Below, one piece after another: positions 45,024-54,915 of a DNA stretch of 58,488 nt (the first letter of the stretch is position 1; each line of letters begins with the position of its first letter). This DNA is from Acidimicrobiia bacterium (GTDB lineage: Bacteria > Actinomycetota > Acidimicrobiia > Spongiisociales > ZC4RG35), in contig JBBDQO010000012.1 in NCBI GenBank assembly GCA_040905925.1, forward strand, positions 1-58,488, read 5' to 3'. The notes beneath the pieces were generated by a model that was given only the letters and a program-made list of their open reading frames with translations, ran no database searches and was not told the origin of the DNA. The position numbers and the translations under genes were made by a program.

Positions 45024-46427
45024 CTAGGCGAGCACCCTACCGATGCTCAGCGAGACGGCCGTGGCCTGACCCGCCGTGGGCTCCGCACAACAGAACCAAC
45101 TCTCGGTGAGACGCGGGGTCGGTGGGCCTCGTTCGGCAAGGGGGCCAAGGTCGACACCGGTTTCGCGGCCAACAGCCGCACGCATCGCAGCCAGGGTCTC
45201 ATCGGGATCGGCGCCCCCATCGGATGCCTCGGCGGCCATCAGGTCGAGCTGTCGGTGCAGCCGCCCGGTTGTGGCGTGCTCGAACTCCCAGGCCCAGGTG
45301 AGAGCTGCCGGCTCATAGCCCAAGAGGAAAGGAGTCACCGCGGGGTGCTGCTCCAGGAGAGAGCCTTCCGGGATCAGGAGTTTGATGGCCAGTTGCACCG
45401 GGTCCGTGGCCGACCAGAGCTGGTGCACATCGATGAAGGCCACCATTCGGGCCATATCGTCAGGACGGGTCCAGGGAAGGAAGGGCAGCCAGGTGGGTCG
45501 AACATGGATCCCAACCTCCCTGAGGGCCCGGACTGCCCGACCCATGTCGTCCACCGTGTGGTTCTTGTCGAGAATCTCGAGAGTCCTCGCATCGACGCTC
45601 TCGAAGGCGCTGACCACGAACAACACGCCGAGCTCTGACAGCTCCGCCCAGAGAGCCCGGTGAGCCAGGATGTGCTCCACTTTGACCGTCACGTCAAAGG
45701 TCAACCCCGGAAAGGCGGCGTGGGCCGCCCGGAGCAGGTCCCCGCTGTATCGGGGGGCATTCAGAAAATCGGGATCGGCGAAACTCACATGTTGGACGCC
45801 GGCGGCGACCAATTGCTCGATGTCGGTGAGCACCGGCTCGAGGCCGACCACCCGGATCCTCCCGTCATAGACCACCGGGATGGGGCAATGACGGCAGCGA
45901 TGCCGGCATCCACGGGTTGCCTCGACCGCCCCAGCCAGCCACGACTCACCCTCCCATTCGAGACGGGCATAGCCCTCGTGGGGCGGAAGGGTGCTGCGAT
46001 CCGGTATTACGGGATCCGACCGGTCCAAGCCGACGACAACCCCGCGACGGGGCTCGCCACCTTCGGCAATCGACCGGGCCCACGCCACGAGCTCGGCGAG
46101 GTACTCACCCGCGATCACCAGGTCGGCCACCTGGCCCACCGTCCATTCGCGCCCGACCGCGGCGTACAGACCGTAGAACGCGATCGGCATGCCAGGCCGG
46201 GCCTCGCGGATCCTCAGGGCCAGATCGGTCGCCAGCCGCATCGCGGTGTGCATCGGCACCGAGAAGGCCACAGCGTCCATGCCGTCCAAAAACCCCTCGT
46301 CGAGTTGCTCAACCGACAGATCCAGGGTGTGGACTTCGACACCGGCGGCAGATAGCTCGGCTGCCGGGAGCGCCAGGTGGAGCGGTTGATGACCCAGTTC
46401 GTACGTGGAGACGAGGAGGAGGCGCAC
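45024..46427 (-). CDS. B12-binding-domain / radical SAM protein with a C-terminal CCAEP tail motif
   Basis: N-terminal Rossmann-like region (LLLVSTYELGHQPL...), radical-SAM cluster motif CRHRCRHC, C-terminal ...ESWFCCAEPTAGQ. GTG start without SD. A TAGACT hexamer (46434-46439) 6 nt upstream suggests a leaderless mRNA. Confidence 0.8.
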   Translation of the reverse strand: MRLLLVSTYELGHQPLHLALPAAELSAAGVEVHTLDLSVEQLDEGFLDGMDAVAFSVPMHTAMRLATDLALRIREARPGMPIAFYGLYAAVGREWTVGQVADLVIAGEYLAELVAWARSIAEGGEPRRGVVVGLDRSDPVIPDRSTLPPHEGYARLEWEGESWLAGAVEATRGCRHRCRHCPIPVVYDGRIRVVGLEPVLTDIEQLVAAGVQHVSFADPDFLNAPRYSGDLLRAAHAAFPGLTFDVTVKVEHILAHRALWAELSELGVLFVVSAFESVDARTLEILDKNHTVDDMGRAVRALREVGIHVRPTWLPFLPWTRPDDMARMVAFIDVHQLWSATDPVQLAIKLLIPEGSLLEQHPAVTPFLLGYEPAALTWAWEFEHATTGRLHRQLDLMAAEASDGGADPDETLAAMRAAVGRETGVDLGPLAERGPPTPRLTESWFCCAEPTAGQATAVSLSIGRVLA

Positions 46428-46467
46428 GGAAGGAGTCTAAGGACAGGCAGTCGGTAGCCTCTTCTCA

Positions 46468-47352
46468 ATGGGAGAGTACGTGCAGACTGTGACCGGTCCT
46501 GTCCACAGGGTCGACTTCGGCGGGAACGGGGAACCGATCGTGCTGGTGCACGGTCTTGGGGGCTCCACGACCAATTGGATCGCCGTCGCCGACGGCCTCG
46601 CCAGACATGGGAGGGTGCTCGCGCTCGATCTTCCGGGTTTCGGCCTCTCACCGCCTGGACGCGACTATCGCCTGGAGACCCATCGGGAAGCGATCGAGGA
46701 CTTCATCGAGTTGGAGGGAGCGCCCGCCACTCTGATCGGCAACTCGACCGGTGGTCTTCTTTCCCAGATGGTGGCAGCGCATCGGCCCGACCTCGTCGAT
46801 CGTCTGGTGCTGGTGGCGCCGGCCACCCCGCCGGTCCTCCCCGATCCCAGACTCGACTGGCCGACCGCGGCTCGCCTTGCCCTTCAGGCCACGCCTGGCG
46901 TGGGGACGGTCTGGGGCCGTCGTTTCATCGACAGCCACACTCCGGAGGAGTTGGTGCGCCTCAGCATGGCGATGATCACCTATAAGCAGGGAAGGGTGCC
47001 CCTGGCAGTCATCGAAGCGTCGATCGACATGGCTCGGATCCGAAAGGACCTTCCGTGGTCGGCGGAAGCCACCGCCCGGACGGCCACCTCCATTGCTGCG
47101 TTCTACGCCAACCGGGCGAACTACATCCGGATGATTCGGTCGATCAAGGCTCCGACCCTGGTGGTGCATGGCGTGTCCGATCACATCGTGTCACCCACCG
47201 CAGTCGAGCGGATCTGCAGTCTCCGACCGGATTGGAAACTGGTGCAGATGTCGGATACCGGCCACACCCCACAGATGGACGCCCCGTTGCGGTTTCTGGC
47301 AGCGCTCGAGTCCTGGCTGAGCGAGATTCGAGCCCAGGCAGTCGGTGCCTGA
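46468..47352 (+). CDS. Alpha/beta hydrolase
   Basis: IVLVHGLGGSTTNW, nucleophile elbow GNSTGG, C-terminal GHTPQMD. Confidence 0.82.
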   Translation: MGEYVQTVTGPVHRVDFGGNGEPIVLVHGLGGSTTNWIAVADGLARHGRVLALDLPGFGLSPPGRDYRLETHREAIEDFIELEGAPATLIGNSTGGLLSQMVAAHRPDLVDRLVLVAPATPPVLPDPRLDWPTAARLALQATPGVGTVWGRRFIDSHTPEELVRLSMAMITYKQGRVPLAVIEASIDMARIRKDLPWSAEATARTATSIAAFYANRANYIRMIRSIKAPTLVVHGVSDHIVSPTAVERICSLRPDWKLVQMSDTGHTPQMDAPLRFLAALESWLSEIRAQAVGA

Positions 47353-47393
47353 CCCTTGGGTCGGGAAGTCGCGCCCTAACTAGGCTTCATGAG

Positions 47394-50111
47394 ATGTCAG
47401 GCGATCACGGATTGATCCTCGGAGAGGAATACATCCATCAGTTGCCGGATAGCGACCCGACCGAAACCCAGGAGTGGGTCGACTCCTTCGACGCCGTCGC
47501 CCACGACCAGGGGCCGGACCGCGCCCGATTCTTGATGGCCAAGCTGTTGGAGCGCGCCCGCGAGACCAGCATCGGGATGCCGCCTGTGGTCACGACACCG
47601 TACATCAACACCATCTCGGTCGAGGACCAGCCCGACTTCCCAGGGGACGAGATCATCGAGCGCAGGATCCGCCGCTTCGTCCGCTGGAACGCTGCCGTCA
47701 TGGTGGTGAAAGCGAACCATCGGGAGAAGGGCATCGGAGGGCATCTCTCCACCTTCGCCTCATCGGCCACCTTGTACGAGGTCGGGTTCAATCACTTCTT
47801 CAAGGGCAAGAACGCCCCCGGGGGTGGCGACCACGTCTACATGCAGGGCCACGCCGCGCCAGGGATCTACGCCAGGGCCTTTCTCGAAGGCCGCTTCGAC
47901 GAGAAGCACCTGGACAATTTCCGATTCGAGATCGGGGGGGACGGGCTCTCCTCATACCCCCACCCCCGTTTGATGCCGGAGTTCTGGGAATACCCGACCG
48001 TTTCGATGGGATTGGGCCCGATCAACTCCATCTACCACGCCAGATTCAACAAGTACCTTCAGAACCGGGGACTCGACGACACGTCCCAGTCGCGGATCTG
48101 GTGCTTCATCGGCGACGGGGAGACCGACGAGCCCGAGACCCTGGGGGCGATCTCTCTGGCGACCCGGGAAGGATTGGACAACCTCACCTGGATCATCAAC
48201 TGCAACCTGCAACGTCTCGACGGGCCGGTTCGCGGCAATAGCCAGATAATCACCGAGTTGGAGGCGGTGTTCCGCGGCGCAGGCTGGAACGTCATCAAGG
48301 TCATCTGGGGCTCGGGATGGGATCGCCTTCTGGCAAACGACAAAGAAGGCGCCCTGATCGGTGTGATGGGCAGCACCGTCGATGGTGAGTACCAGCGGTA
48401 CAAGGCAGAAGACGGGGCATACGTCAGAGAGCATTTCTTCGGGAAGGACCCCCGAACCAAGGCCATGGTGGCCGACATGACCGACGACGAGATCTGGGCG
48501 TTGCGCCGCGGAGGTCTCGACTACCGCAAGGTCTATGCCGCCTACAAGGTGGCCACCGAGCTCGGCAACGGCAAGCCGACAGTGATCTTGGCGAAGACCA
48601 TCAAGGGCTGGACCTTGGGACCGGACGTGGAGGGCCGCAACGCCACCCATCAGATCAAGGAATTGACCAACCAACAGCTGATACAGCTGCGGGAGACACT
48701 CCATCTCGACAAGGAGATACCGGCCGAATCGCTGGACGGAGACAGCGTGCCTCCCTATTTCCGCCCGGGCCCGGGGACACCTGAGTACGAGTACCTGCAA
48801 CAAAGACGTCAAGAGCTGGGCGGGCTGCTTCCGATGCGGGTGTTGCGGGATTTCGAGCTGCAGCTTCCCGTCCCCGAGTCCTACGCCGAGATCCATGCCG
48901 GATCAGGCAAGATCGAGGCTTCGACGACTACGGCGTTCACCCGCCTCCTCCGCAACCTGTCCCGAGTCGAGGGCTTTGGCGAGCGGGTCGTGCCCATCGT
49001 CCCCGATGAGGCCCGGACCTTTGGCATGGACTCGTTGTTCCGTGAGCTGAAGATCTATGCCTCGCATGGCCAGCTCTATGAGTCGGTTGACGCCTCGATG
49101 CTCCTCACCTACGCCGAGGCCCAAGACGGTCAGATCCTCGAGGAGGGCATCACCGAAGCGGGCTCTGTCGCCTCCTGGATCGCCGCCGCCACCTCATACG
49201 CGACCCGTGGCCTGCCCATGATCCCGTTCTTCATCTTCTACTCGATGTTCGGTTTCCAGCGCGTCGGTGACCTGATCTGGTCGGCAGCCGACTCGAGAGC
49301 CCGTGGCTTTCTGCTCGGCGCCACGGCGGGGAGGACGACGCTTCAGGGTGAGGGGCTCCAACATCAGGATGGCCACAGCCTGATCCTCGCCTCGACGGTG
49401 CCGGTGTGCGACGCCTATGACCCCGCGTTCGCCTATGAGGTGGGGACCATCGTCGAGCACGGCCTCCAGCGGATGTACGGCGCCGGTGAGGACCGCTTCT
49501 ACTACCTGACCCTCTACAACGAGAACTATGTCCAGCCTCCTCGCCCCGAAGGGGTGGCGGAGGGCGTCATCGAAGGCCTCTACCGGTGGCAGGAGGCGCC
49601 CGCCGCGGCGGGGCCGAAGACCGCGATCCTCTTCTCAGGGTCGGCCAACCTGGCGGCACGGGAGGCGGCCAGCGAGTTGGCCGAGCACTACGCCGTGGTT
49701 GCGGAGTTGTGGTCGGCGACCTCGTACAAGAAGCTGCGGGAGGAGGCCCTCGGAGTCGAGCGGTGGAATCGGCTTCATCCCGACCAACCACCTCGTGTTC
49801 CCCTGGTAACCAGACGCCTCTCCGCCGTTGGCGGGCCTGTGGTCGCAGTCACCGACTTCATGAAGCTGGTCCCCGATCAGATCGCCCGATGGGTGCCATC
49901 CCAATTCGTAACTCTGGGCACAGACGGGTTTGGTCGCTCCGACTCCAGGCAGGCCCTCCGGAAGTTCTTCGAGATCGACGCCGGCAGCATCGTCGCCGCC
50001 ACCCTCTGGGCCCTGTCCAAGGACGGCCTGGTCCCCCGGACGGCAGTTCAGGATGCATTCACCCGCTATGGGATCGATCCGGAGACCCCGGACCCGGCTC
50101 ATCAACATTGA
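47394..50111 (+). CDS. aceE: Pyruvate dehydrogenase E1 component, homodimeric type
   Basis: DPTETQEWVDSFD N-terminus, GGHLSTFASSATLYEVGFNHFF, GDGETDEPE, HQDGHS. Start at the internal ATG 47394 (the track ORF starts upstream inside the hydrolase gene). Confidence 0.92.
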   Translation: MSGDHGLILGEEYIHQLPDSDPTETQEWVDSFDAVAHDQGPDRARFLMAKLLERARETSIGMPPVVTTPYINTISVEDQPDFPGDEIIERRIRRFVRWNAAVMVVKANHREKGIGGHLSTFASSATLYEVGFNHFFKGKNAPGGGDHVYMQGHAAPGIYARAFLEGRFDEKHLDNFRFEIGGDGLSSYPHPRLMPEFWEYPTVSMGLGPINSIYHARFNKYLQNRGLDDTSQSRIWCFIGDGETDEPETLGAISLATREGLDNLTWIINCNLQRLDGPVRGNSQIITELEAVFRGAGWNVIKVIWGSGWDRLLANDKEGALIGVMGSTVDGEYQRYKAEDGAYVREHFFGKDPRTKAMVADMTDDEIWALRRGGLDYRKVYAAYKVATELGNGKPTVILAKTIKGWTLGPDVEGRNATHQIKELTNQQLIQLRETLHLDKEIPAESLDGDSVPPYFRPGPGTPEYEYLQQRRQELGGLLPMRVLRDFELQLPVPESYAEIHAGSGKIEASTTTAFTRLLRNLSRVEGFGERVVPIVPDEARTFGMDSLFRELKIYASHGQLYESVDASMLLTYAEAQDGQILEEGITEAGSVASWIAAATSYATRGLPMIPFFIFYSMFGFQRVGDLIWSAADSRARGFLLGATAGRTTLQGEGLQHQDGHSLILASTVPVCDAYDPAFAYEVGTIVEHGLQRMYGAGEDRFYYLTLYNENYVQPPRPEGVAEGVIEGLYRWQEAPAAAGPKTAILFSGSANLAAREAASELAEHYAVVAELWSATSYKKLREEALGVERWNRLHPDQPPRVPLVTRRLSAVGGPVVAVTDFMKLVPDQIARWVPSQFVTLGTDGFGRSDSRQALRKFFEIDAGSIVAATLWALSKDGLVPRTAVQDAFTRYGIDPETPDPAHQH

Positions 50112-50131
50112 AACCGGCCGGACCGCTGCTG

Positions 50132-50545
50132 GTGCCGGAGCCGATCCGGCAGGCGATCCTGGCTCACGCGGTCAACAGCCTTCCCGATGAGTGTTGCGGT
50201 TTGATCGCAACGGACTCGACGGGAGCGGTCCGTTTTGCCTATCCACTCACCAATGCCAATGCCTCACCGGTGAGCTTCACTGTGGACTCTCATGAGCACT
50301 TCGGAGCGATGCGGCACGCCGAGAGCCAGGGTTGGGAGATCACAGGGGTCTTCCACTCCCACCCAGCCGGCGAGGCCATGCCGTCGGTGACCGACGTGGC
50401 GATGGCTTGGGATCCAGATTGGGTCCATCTGATCGTCGGGAGCGGCGAGATCGCCGCCTTTCGGATTCGGGGTGGCGAGATAGAGCCGGTCGGTTTGTGG
50501 TGGGTGTCGAAGGGCCCACATGAACTCGCTCAGCCTCCTGAGTAA
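50132..50545 (+). CDS. JAMM/MPN+ (Mov34) family metalloprotein, Mec-like
   Basis: DECCGL (catalytic Glu) and FHSHPAGEAMPSVTD (HxHx7Sx2D). An alternative TTG start at 50108 overlaps the aceE stop. Confidence 0.75.
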   Translation: MPEPIRQAILAHAVNSLPDECCGLIATDSTGAVRFAYPLTNANASPVSFTVDSHEHFGAMRHAESQGWEITGVFHSHPAGEAMPSVTDVAMAWDPDWVHLIVGSGEIAAFRIRGGEIEPVGLWWVSKGPHELAQPPE

Positions 50546-50574
50546 CGTGGCTCCGGCGTTCCAGGAGGTCGGAG

Positions 50575-51060
50575 TTGCCCCGCATCGAAGAGTCTGCCTT
50601 GCCCGGCGTTGGGATCAGATATGAGTTCAACACCGAGGACGGGCGTCGCATAGGAGTCGTTCATCACCGAACCGGCCGCCGTGAGCTGTTTATGTGTGAG
50701 CCGGATGACACCGACGCCGCGGTGGTGAACATGAGCCTGTCCGAGGAGGAGAGCCACGCCCTCTCCGAAGCGTTGGGCGGCTCGACCGTGGTCGCCAACC
50801 TGGCCAATCTCCAACAACAGGTCGAGGGTCTGGCCATCGACTGGCTCATGATCGACGAGCGATCGCCATACGCCGACCGCACCATCGGCGATGCCCGGAT
50901 TCGCACCCGCTCCGGGGTCTCTGCGGTTGCCGTGCTCCGTGGCGTCCAGGCGTTTCCCGCCCCCGGTCCGGATTTCGCGATCCAGGCAGGTGACACCCTG
51001 GTCGTCGTGGGCACCCCCGAAGGTATCGAGCAGACACAAGAGATCCTTCGCACCGGCTAG
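50575..51060 (+). CDS. Cation:proton antiporter regulatory subunit (TrkA-C domain, KhtT-like)
   Basis: PRIEESALPGVGIRYEF... and a C-terminal TrkA-C pattern (IGDARIRTRSGVSAVAVLRG...IQAGDTLVVVG). TTG start. Confidence 0.75.
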   Translation: MPRIEESALPGVGIRYEFNTEDGRRIGVVHHRTGRRELFMCEPDDTDAAVVNMSLSEEESHALSEALGGSTVVANLANLQQQVEGLAIDWLMIDERSPYADRTIGDARIRTRSGVSAVAVLRGVQAFPAPGPDFAIQAGDTLVVVGTPEGIEQTQEILRTG

Positions 51061-51063
51061 CCG

Positions 51064-52221
51064 ATGGACGAGAGCGCCCTCTTCCTCGTAGAACTGGGCG
51101 CCGTCATCCTTGGACTCGGGGTGATGGCCCGTCTCGCCGGCCGTCTCGGGATCTCCCCGATCCCGCTCTATCTCATCGCCGGACTTGCCCTGGGAGAGGG
51201 AGGTCTGATCCCGGTCATCACCTCCGACGACTTCATCGGATTCGGTGCCGAGCTCGGTGTGATCTTCCTGCTCCTCATGTTGGGCCTGGAATACTCGGCG
51301 AGGGAGTTGGTGCAAGGGGTGCGGTCGGTCGCCACGGCAGGGCTGGTCGACTTCGTGCTCAATTTCACGCCAGGGTTTCTCACCGGCCTGATACTGGGCC
51401 TCGACCCGGTCCCATCAGTGTTCTTCGGCGGGGTCACCTACGTCTCATCAACCGGAATCGTGGCCAAGCTCCTCGATGATCTCGGGTGGTCGGGGAACAG
51501 GGAGACCCCCGTCGTCCTTTCGATCCTCGTGTTCGAGGATCTGGCCATGGCTGTGCTCCTCCCGATCCTCGGTGTGCTCGCCCTGGGGGCGACCGTGGCC
51601 TCAGCCGCCCTCACGGTGGGCCTCGCGGTTGCCGTCATCGTGGTGATCATTGCCCTGGTGGCTCGGGGCGGCGACCGACTCGGCTCCCTCGTCTTCCATC
51701 ACTCCGACGAGGTCAGCCTGCTCTCGTTGTTCGGTCTGACCCTGTTGGTCGGCGGTCTCGCCGAGGGGGTCAACGTCTCGGCTGCGGTAGGCGCCTTCCT
51801 CGTCGGAATCGGGGTGTCGGGTGACTCCGTCAGTCGGGCCCGTTCCCTCTTGACACCCCTCCGCGACCTATTCGCTGCGGTGTTCTTCGTCTTCTTCGGA
51901 CTGCAGACCGACCCCGGCGACATCCCTGACGTGGCTTTGGCCGCAATCACGGTTGCGATCATCACCGGTCTGACCAAGTTCGCCGTCGGATGGTGGGCCG
52001 CCCGCAGAGTCGGGATCGGGCGCCAAGGCCGGCTTCGGGCGGGATCCCTACTCGTGGCCAGAGCCGAGTTCTCGATCGTCATCGCAGGGCTCGCCGCCTC
52101 CTTAGCCGGTAGTGAGCGGCTGGCTGCGCTGGCCGCCACCTATGTCCTGATCATGGCAATCGCTGGACCGATTGCCGCCAAGATCGCGGACGCCCGCCGA
52201 CCGCATGTCATCCTGGCTTGA
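51064..52221 (+). CDS. CPA2-family cation:proton antiporter (KhtU/KefB-like membrane domain)
   Basis: About 12 TM segments, including ELGVIFLLLMLGLEYS and VGAFLVGIGVS. It starts 3 nt after the regulatory subunit gene. Confidence 0.82.
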   Translation: MDESALFLVELGAVILGLGVMARLAGRLGISPIPLYLIAGLALGEGGLIPVITSDDFIGFGAELGVIFLLLMLGLEYSARELVQGVRSVATAGLVDFVLNFTPGFLTGLILGLDPVPSVFFGGVTYVSSTGIVAKLLDDLGWSGNRETPVVLSILVFEDLAMAVLLPILGVLALGATVASAALTVGLAVAVIVVIIALVARGGDRLGSLVFHHSDEVSLLSLFGLTLLVGGLAEGVNVSAAVGAFLVGIGVSGDSVSRARSLLTPLRDLFAAVFFVFFGLQTDPGDIPDVALAAITVAIITGLTKFAVGWWAARRVGIGRQGRLRAGSLLVARAEFSIVIAGLAASLAGSERLAALAATYVLIMAIAGPIAAKIADARRPHVILA

Positions 52222-52231
52222 GCTGATCGGA

Positions 52232-53260
52232 TCAGATCGCGGCAAGCCATCCCATCGCACCCCGTTCGGCGAGCCAATGCTGGTGCGGGTGGAACATGTA
52301 TCGGCCGAGGTGGGGCAGGGTGAACTCGATCATGGCTCGCTGGGCCTGGCCGAGGACGATGGTGTCGTCACGAAACGTGGGCGCCTCCCCCATCCCCGCC
52401 GGGTAGACATCGAAGGTCTCGGCATGCAGGTGAAACGAGGCCACCGGCTCGTGCTCCACCATGTTGACCAGATAGGCGCGGACCGGCTCTCCCACCGGGA
52501 CCTTGATCGGGTAGGAGTCGTAGAAACCGGCTACTCCGTTCCAGGCCACCACCCCGTTCCGTCCCAGCTCGTCGTTACTGAAGCCCGAAAGGATCAGGGC
52601 AACCTCGTTGGCCGGCGACCTTCCAGCGGCCGGGTCAACGATCATCATCCCGTATAGGCCGCGTCCGATGTGCCCGGCAAGCGGTGTGGTGTGACAGTGG
52701 TAGGGATGGAGCCCGGCAGGCCCGGCCTCGATCTCGTAAGTCGTCTCCCCACCCGGAGGCACCTGCTCCCACCCGTCCTGCTCAGGGCGGTGTGCCCCGT
52801 GGAAGTGGAGGTTGTGGGGGTGGCCGGTACGGTTCTCGAAGCGAATTCGCAGAGTGTCGCCCTCGGTGGCGCGGATGATCGGCGCCGGCACCGTCCCGTT
52901 GTAGGTCCAGGCTTGAAACAGCACGCCGTCACCAACCTCGATCAACCTATCCTCGACCGCAAGCTCCAATTCGCGGAGGACTCCGGCTGGCCGACCGTCG
53001 GGAGGTGGGGGCATGGTGAGAGCATCGAGATCGCCCGGGCCCATCGAGGTGGGCGGCGAATGGAGGTGACCGTAGAGACCTGGGGCATCGTCCTCTCCAG
53101 TCATCGCGTGCTCGGTGGCCCGAGGGTCGTACTCCTCGGCCACCTCAGCGGCCTTCGCCTGGTGCTGGACGGTGTGGCCCAGGACCGAGCCCCCGAGAAA
53201 GACCGCTCCGCCCAGCCCGACCTTCTTCAGGAGCTCGCGACGGGACACACCTTCGGGCAT
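52232..53260 (-). CDS. Two-domain multicopper oxidase / NirK-like copper protein with Tat signal
   Basis: MPEGVSRRELLKKVGLGGAVFLGG (twin-arginine), PHNLHFHG, PYHCHTTPLAGHIGRGLYGM (HCH...H...M copper ligands), FHPHQHW. Start at the internal ATG 53260. Confidence 0.75.
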   Translation of the reverse strand: MPEGVSRRELLKKVGLGGAVFLGGSVLGHTVQHQAKAAEVAEEYDPRATEHAMTGEDDAPGLYGHLHSPPTSMGPGDLDALTMPPPPDGRPAGVLRELELAVEDRLIEVGDGVLFQAWTYNGTVPAPIIRATEGDTLRIRFENRTGHPHNLHFHGAHRPEQDGWEQVPPGGETTYEIEAGPAGLHPYHCHTTPLAGHIGRGLYGMMIVDPAAGRSPANEVALILSGFSNDELGRNGVVAWNGVAGFYDSYPIKVPVGEPVRAYLVNMVEHEPVASFHLHAETFDVYPAGMGEAPTFRDDTIVLGQAQRAMIEFTLPHLGRYMFHPHQHWLAERGAMGWLAAI

Positions 53261-53268
53261 AGGTCGAC

Positions 53269-54915
53269 TCAGACGATGCCCCCCACGACCATGCCCAGAC
53301 CAAGGAACAACGCATAGACCGCCATTCCTCCCGCCAGGAAGACCCAGCGTTGCCAGACCGGGATGCTGCTCCGACCGAACAGGTAATAGGCGATCACCCC
53401 GACGAAGGGGATGATCAGGATCACCGCCATCCAGCCGATGACTTTGCCCCGGTTCGGATCCTCCCGCCGCGACAGGTCCCAAATCGCGATCACCACCCAA
53501 GAGGTGTACAGGACCAGCGGGAGAATGTATGCGTAGAGACCGAAGAAGACCCCGGCGGCCGAGGCCAAGCTGACACCCATGATGTTGATTCCTCTCTCCT
53601 GTGTGACTTCCGAGCCCGGAGGCATCTCCGGGACGGCAATGCTGTCGAGGCCGGGCTCCGACCCGGCGAAGACGTTGACGGCTGGGACGACGGGGGCGTC
53701 GGCGCCCCCCGGCATGTTGGGTTGCGGCTGCGGGTCAGGCATAGCCGCTGGATCGAACTCGGGCCGAAGGTCAAGCCCGCTCTCGAAGAGACGCCCCAGC
53801 TGGGCCGTGCTCGAGCCGAATTCGAAAAGGGCGGGAAGGCGAAGACCCTCACAGGGCTGCTTGAGCTCGAGCGCGGCCGGCAGCGTTGACGAGTACTCGT
53901 TGCCCTCGAAGCAGTTGCCGGACGCAGAAGGCCCACCAAGGGTCAGGTCGGCCAGGCCGGAGCCCGCGACCACATTGCCCTCGACGTGATGGTCGTAGGA
54001 CATGTACACGTTGGCGTCGATCATCGGCAGGACGATGATCCCGCTCTGGGGGTGATTGAACACCCGATTCCGTGACACGTATGAGTCGCCGCCCCCCGAG
54101 AGCATGATCCCGTTCCCTTGTGCCGCCCACTGCAGGGCTTTGGCGGGGGCGTCCTCGTTCCCGTTGTCGTGTACCAGGTTCCCCACGACATTGACCCCAT
54201 GGAACGGTGGCAACAACTCACCATCGAGGGTGTTGGGTCCGATCCCGGAGAGGTTGTACCGAAACACTGATTTGACGATGTAGAGGTCTGACGAGGCGTT
54301 GGTTCCGGAAAAGCCCAGCCCGTTCCATTCCGAGATCGAGTCGGTGAGGGTCGATTCACATGGATCGCATTGCCCGATGTAGAACCCGGCATCGGGAGAG
54401 CCGAAGGCGTAGGAGAATTCCAGCAGCCCGTCGCTGGAGTCGAAGGCGTAGATCCCGTAGTCCTGGTTGTTGAGCGCGGTCAGGTGAGACCCTCGGAAAC
54501 CGCGCACTCCGGTCCAGAAGACGCCGTTCCCGGTTGCGTTGCGAACAGTCAGATTCTCGACGGCGACACCATCGGCGTAGAACACCTCGATGCCGTTGGG
54601 TCGCTGGAACTCACCGTCGATGATCACCTCGTTGCGATCGATGCCTCTGATGATGAGCCCGGGTGTGGTGACCTGAACCTCCTCCCTATAGACCCCACGG
54701 TCGATGAGGACCAGATCACCCGGGTCTGCGGCGTCGACCGCCGCCTGGATCGTCGGATAGCCCTGAGGGACGAGACGGGTCTCTCCGGTCCACTCCGATG
54801 GGGAATCGGTGGCGGGGTCGCCGAGGGCTGCTGGCGAGGGATCACCCACCGGAGGGCCGACACAGGCGACCAGCCCCAGGGCCAGCACCGCCAGGAGCCG
54901 CCACCGGTGTCTCAC
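53269..54915 (-). CDS. Lipoprotein with NosD-like parallel beta-helix repeats fused to a C-terminal PLDc_N-type membrane domain
   Basis: Lipobox LGLVAC. Repeated ~22-aa units (NLTVRNATGNGVFW, NNQDYGIYAF, GNLVHDNGNE, RNRVFNHPQSGI). C-terminus WVVIAIWDLSRREDPNRGKVIGWMAVILIIPFVGVIAYYLFGR. Confidence 0.65.
   Translation of the reverse strand: MRHRWRLLAVLALGLVACVGPPVGDPSPAALGDPATDSPSEWTGETRLVPQGYPTIQAAVDAADPGDLVLIDRGVYREEVQVTTPGLIIRGIDRNEVIIDGEFQRPNGIEVFYADGVAVENLTVRNATGNGVFWTGVRGFRGSHLTALNNQDYGIYAFDSSDGLLEFSYAFGSPDAGFYIGQCDPCESTLTDSISEWNGLGFSGTNASSDLYIVKSVFRYNLSGIGPNTLDGELLPPFHGVNVVGNLVHDNGNEDAPAKALQWAAQGNGIMLSGGGDSYVSRNRVFNHPQSGIIVLPMIDANVYMSYDHHVEGNVVAGSGLADLTLGGPSASGNCFEGNEYSSTLPAALELKQPCEGLRLPALFEFGSSTAQLGRLFESGLDLRPEFDPAAMPDPQPQPNMPGGADAPVVPAVNVFAGSEPGLDSIAVPEMPPGSEVTQERGINIMGVSLASAAGVFFGLYAYILPLVLYTSWVVIAIWDLSRREDPNRGKVIGWMAVILIIPFVGVIAYYLFGRSSIPVWQRWVFLAGGMAVYALFLGLGMVVGGIV

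Noticed and set aside
45024-46467. The radical-SAM gene read as a RiPP maturase with an adjacent precursor peptide
   Set aside because: Only 40 nt separate it from the divergent hydrolase gene and 19 nt from the ABC ATPase gene. I saw no small ORF with a plausible leader/core in or next to the operon. RiPP status remains unsupported.
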